Assembly: GCA_963768425.1 (NCBI GenBank)
Contig: CAVYHV010000014.1
Location: 224,001-288,000, forward strand
DNA from: Candidatus Bathyarchaeota archaeon
Lineage (GTDB): Archaea; Thermoproteota; Bathyarchaeia; Bathyarchaeales; Bathycorpusculaceae
DNA: 64,000 nucleotides
Direction of reading: 5' to 3'
Positions 61,938-64,000 of the stretch are shown one piece after another. Positions within the stretch are counted from its first letter, which is position 1, and each line of letters starts with the position of its first letter. The position numbers were made by a program, and so were the translations under genes. The notes under the pieces were generated by a model. It did not search any database. It saw only the letters and a list, made by a program, of their open reading frames with translations, and had not been told where the DNA came from.

Positions 61938-62432
61938 ATGAATAGAAGAAACAAGCATTTAGCCTTGATTGGTTTAGTGTTTGCAATGGCAGCAGTTATC
62001 ATGGTTATTATTTTCGTTCCACCCTTACTTGAAGCTTCAGCATCCAACAATTTTGAATCTAAAATTCTGCCATATTTATCGGGAATAGACGGTTGGGATG
62101 GAGACAACATATATTTCACTTACTACAATAGCACTCATTACCCGACGACTTCACCTTACAACGAAGTGAATAATTATACTCCCACTCATTATTTGACATC
62201 CTCTGAAATCGCCATTCTAAATAATTATACTCAGGTTTCTCCATCATCATTTCTGAATTATCTCAAAAATGCCACTAACACTATAGGAGGAGCTACAGAC
62301 TATGGAAGAGATAGGTTCCTTCTCAACATGACAAGAGTTGAAAACAGTTTCTATATGCAATATGTTAATTATGATTATGGAGGATTTGGAGGCTTTCCTT
62401 CTATCAATGTTCGATGCGTCATACATTATTAA
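61938..62432 (+). CDS. Membrane-anchored or secreted hypothetical protein (Asn/Tyr-rich)
   Basis: N-terminal TM helix. Confidence 0.7.
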   Translation: MNRRNKHLALIGLVFAMAAVIMVIIFVPPLLEASASNNFESKILPYLSGIDGWDGDNIYFTYYNSTHYPTTSPYNEVNNYTPTHYLTSSEIAILNNYTQVSPSSFLNYLKNATNTIGGATDYGRDRFLLNMTRVENSFYMQYVNYDYGGFGGFPSINVRCVIHY

Positions 62433-62697
62433 GCATCGAAAAACCATAGCTTAGCCAAACGCAAGTTTTGAAGTTTAGTTTGAACTCACATAAGAATCCA
62501 TTAACTAATGCCAGTTCTTGTCGTTTAGCATGGAAAGACAGCTATTAACAGTTTAAGTCCCTTCTAAAATAATATTTGGATTTACAAGATAGCAAAGATT
62601 CCTTCAGGCTAATGAATAGTTTTTCTTTGAAAGATTGGATTTAGAGCTCACTTAAACTCTCTTGCCGCTCTTCTGCTCGTTTTACCATTAAAATAAG

Positions 62698-62964
62698 TTA
62701 GGGTTTTCTTATGTCTGGATAGGGTTTATACACAATACAATAGCCGTCTTTGCACATGAGCGCTAAATTATGTTGTTTAGCAACATTTTCCACGCATGAT
62801 GTTAAGAATTCGTCAGAGTTTACTTGAATATGTATTTGGTAAGTATTTGATAGAGCATCGTTTCCTTTAGGCGGCAAGAGTTTTAGGGATTTGCCTTCGA
62901 TGAATTGGCACTGTTCAAGAATTTGTTTGATGACATTGACGGCTTGTTCTCTATTCATATCCAA
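62698..62964 (-). CDS. Small hypothetical protein
   Basis: R.QAV..IK.I...YQI.I...IVYKP; resembles 63161-63373. Confidence 0.7.
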   Translation of the reverse strand: MDMNREQAVNVIKQILEQCQFIEGKSLKLLPPKGNDALSNTYQIHIQVNSDEFLTSCVENVAKQHNLALMCKDGYCIVYKPYPDIRKP

Positions 62965-63160
62965 GTTCGGTACTTTACGTTCTTAAAACTATTTGTGGGC
63001 AACCAAAAGATACAACAAACAGCCATATTCTTGCTTTTTTGCTCTCTTGGCTCCAGCCAGTTCATGAAAATAGCTTACTTCTTTAACCGTTATGTTTTCG
63101 CATGTAGTTGGTATAAACTTATTAGTATGTACATCCCCAAAGGGATTGGGGAACGTACAC

Positions 63161-63373
63161 TTGGAACGCAAAGAAGCGGTTGCCCTATTGAAAGAATTAG
63201 GCGATGAGCGATTACTTCAACCGTTTATGGTTATTATCCAACAAAGACCACCTAATGGATGCCAATTGCAAATTAAAGGATTATATGACCAAAAAGAAAT
63301 CGAAAGTTTCCTAAAGAATAGAGGTTTCTCATACGAAGAGCATCTGGATTATCTCCTAATTTTTAAACCCTGA
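63161..63373 (+). CDS. Small hypothetical protein
   Basis: R.EAV.LLKEL...CQLQI...LIFKP; GGGGA upstream of TTG. Confidence 0.65.
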   Translation: MERKEAVALLKELGDERLLQPFMVIIQQRPPNGCQLQIKGLYDQKEIESFLKNRGFSYEEHLDYLLIFKP

Positions 63374-64000
63374 AAAAGGGAAAAGGAGAATAGTTAGCTT
63401 TTGTCAGTCGGTTCAGCTTTAACTTTTTCGCAAGTGAAAGTTGACTGCTATTTAACACTATTTCTCTTTTGATAAGCTGGAGATTTTGGTGATAGGTTTG
63501 TCCGAATGATTGAAGAATTTGCAGTAGCTGAAATGATTGCAAAAAAAGCCGTTGCAAAGGGCTCTTTCTTCTTCCATTATTACACGTGTAATAAATTTGG
63601 ACTTTTCTTCCATGAATTCATCTATAAACTTGTTACAAAAAAAGAATTTGATGAAAGTTGGGATATGCTTGCTTATTTTTTGGTTTGGCTAAGAGACAAT
63701 TTTTAGAGTTTTTCTGGGGCGCAGAGATTTGCTGCTTTGGCAGCAGTTCGCATGCATCCTTTGCAGATGTATTTCGCATCTTTCACAAGTGGCTTTATCT
63801 TTTCTATGGGTACTTTATCCTCTACCATTTTGCAGAGATGGGTTTCATGACCCGGATGAGGTTGTGCCTTTGACAATATTTACACCTGACCCACTGATTG
63901 GAATGATGTTAAATATAGTATTGTGATTGTGTCTAAACAGCAACATAATATTTCAGGCGAGTTAGAGCTTTTCACCAAGTTGATGTGAAATAAGATTTAA

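Overview
Archaeal chromosome segment, most likely Bathyarchaeia (inferred from a TACK-type 16S, BHB-type tRNA introns, hyp genes and secreted PQQ-like beta-propeller paralogues). 1-36 kb is mostly core genome: an rpl22-to-secY ribosomal protein cluster, hypE/hypFCD, RPA, Lsm-L37e, a 16S rRNA gene not followed by 23S, cbf5 and L14e. It also holds a two-intron tRNA-Met and a tRNA-Leu with a D-arm intron. About 36.3-61.6 kb is a ~25.3-kb element integrated at the tRNA-Leu 3' end (attL, attR and an intact tyrosine integrase are visible), with no recognisable capsid, terminase or conjugation genes. It carries a second, divergent tyrosine-recombinase-like gene and a 3 x 29-bp palindromic array. It also has two tandem Lrp-Lrp-beta-propeller units, each followed by a conserved ~100-bp fold-back, with a lone half-site at the head of the cargo (cassette-array hypothesis). 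Further cargo is a ParB / ABC-ATPase-GNAT / Zn-finger module with a candidate -1 frameshift and a clean IS1182 insertion, plus several defence-like genes (HEPN, two NDT/TIR-like). A relic of an older integrase lies just outside attR. Frameshifts in essential ribosomal protein genes show that the assembly has indel errors, so split ORFs are not treated as pseudogenes.
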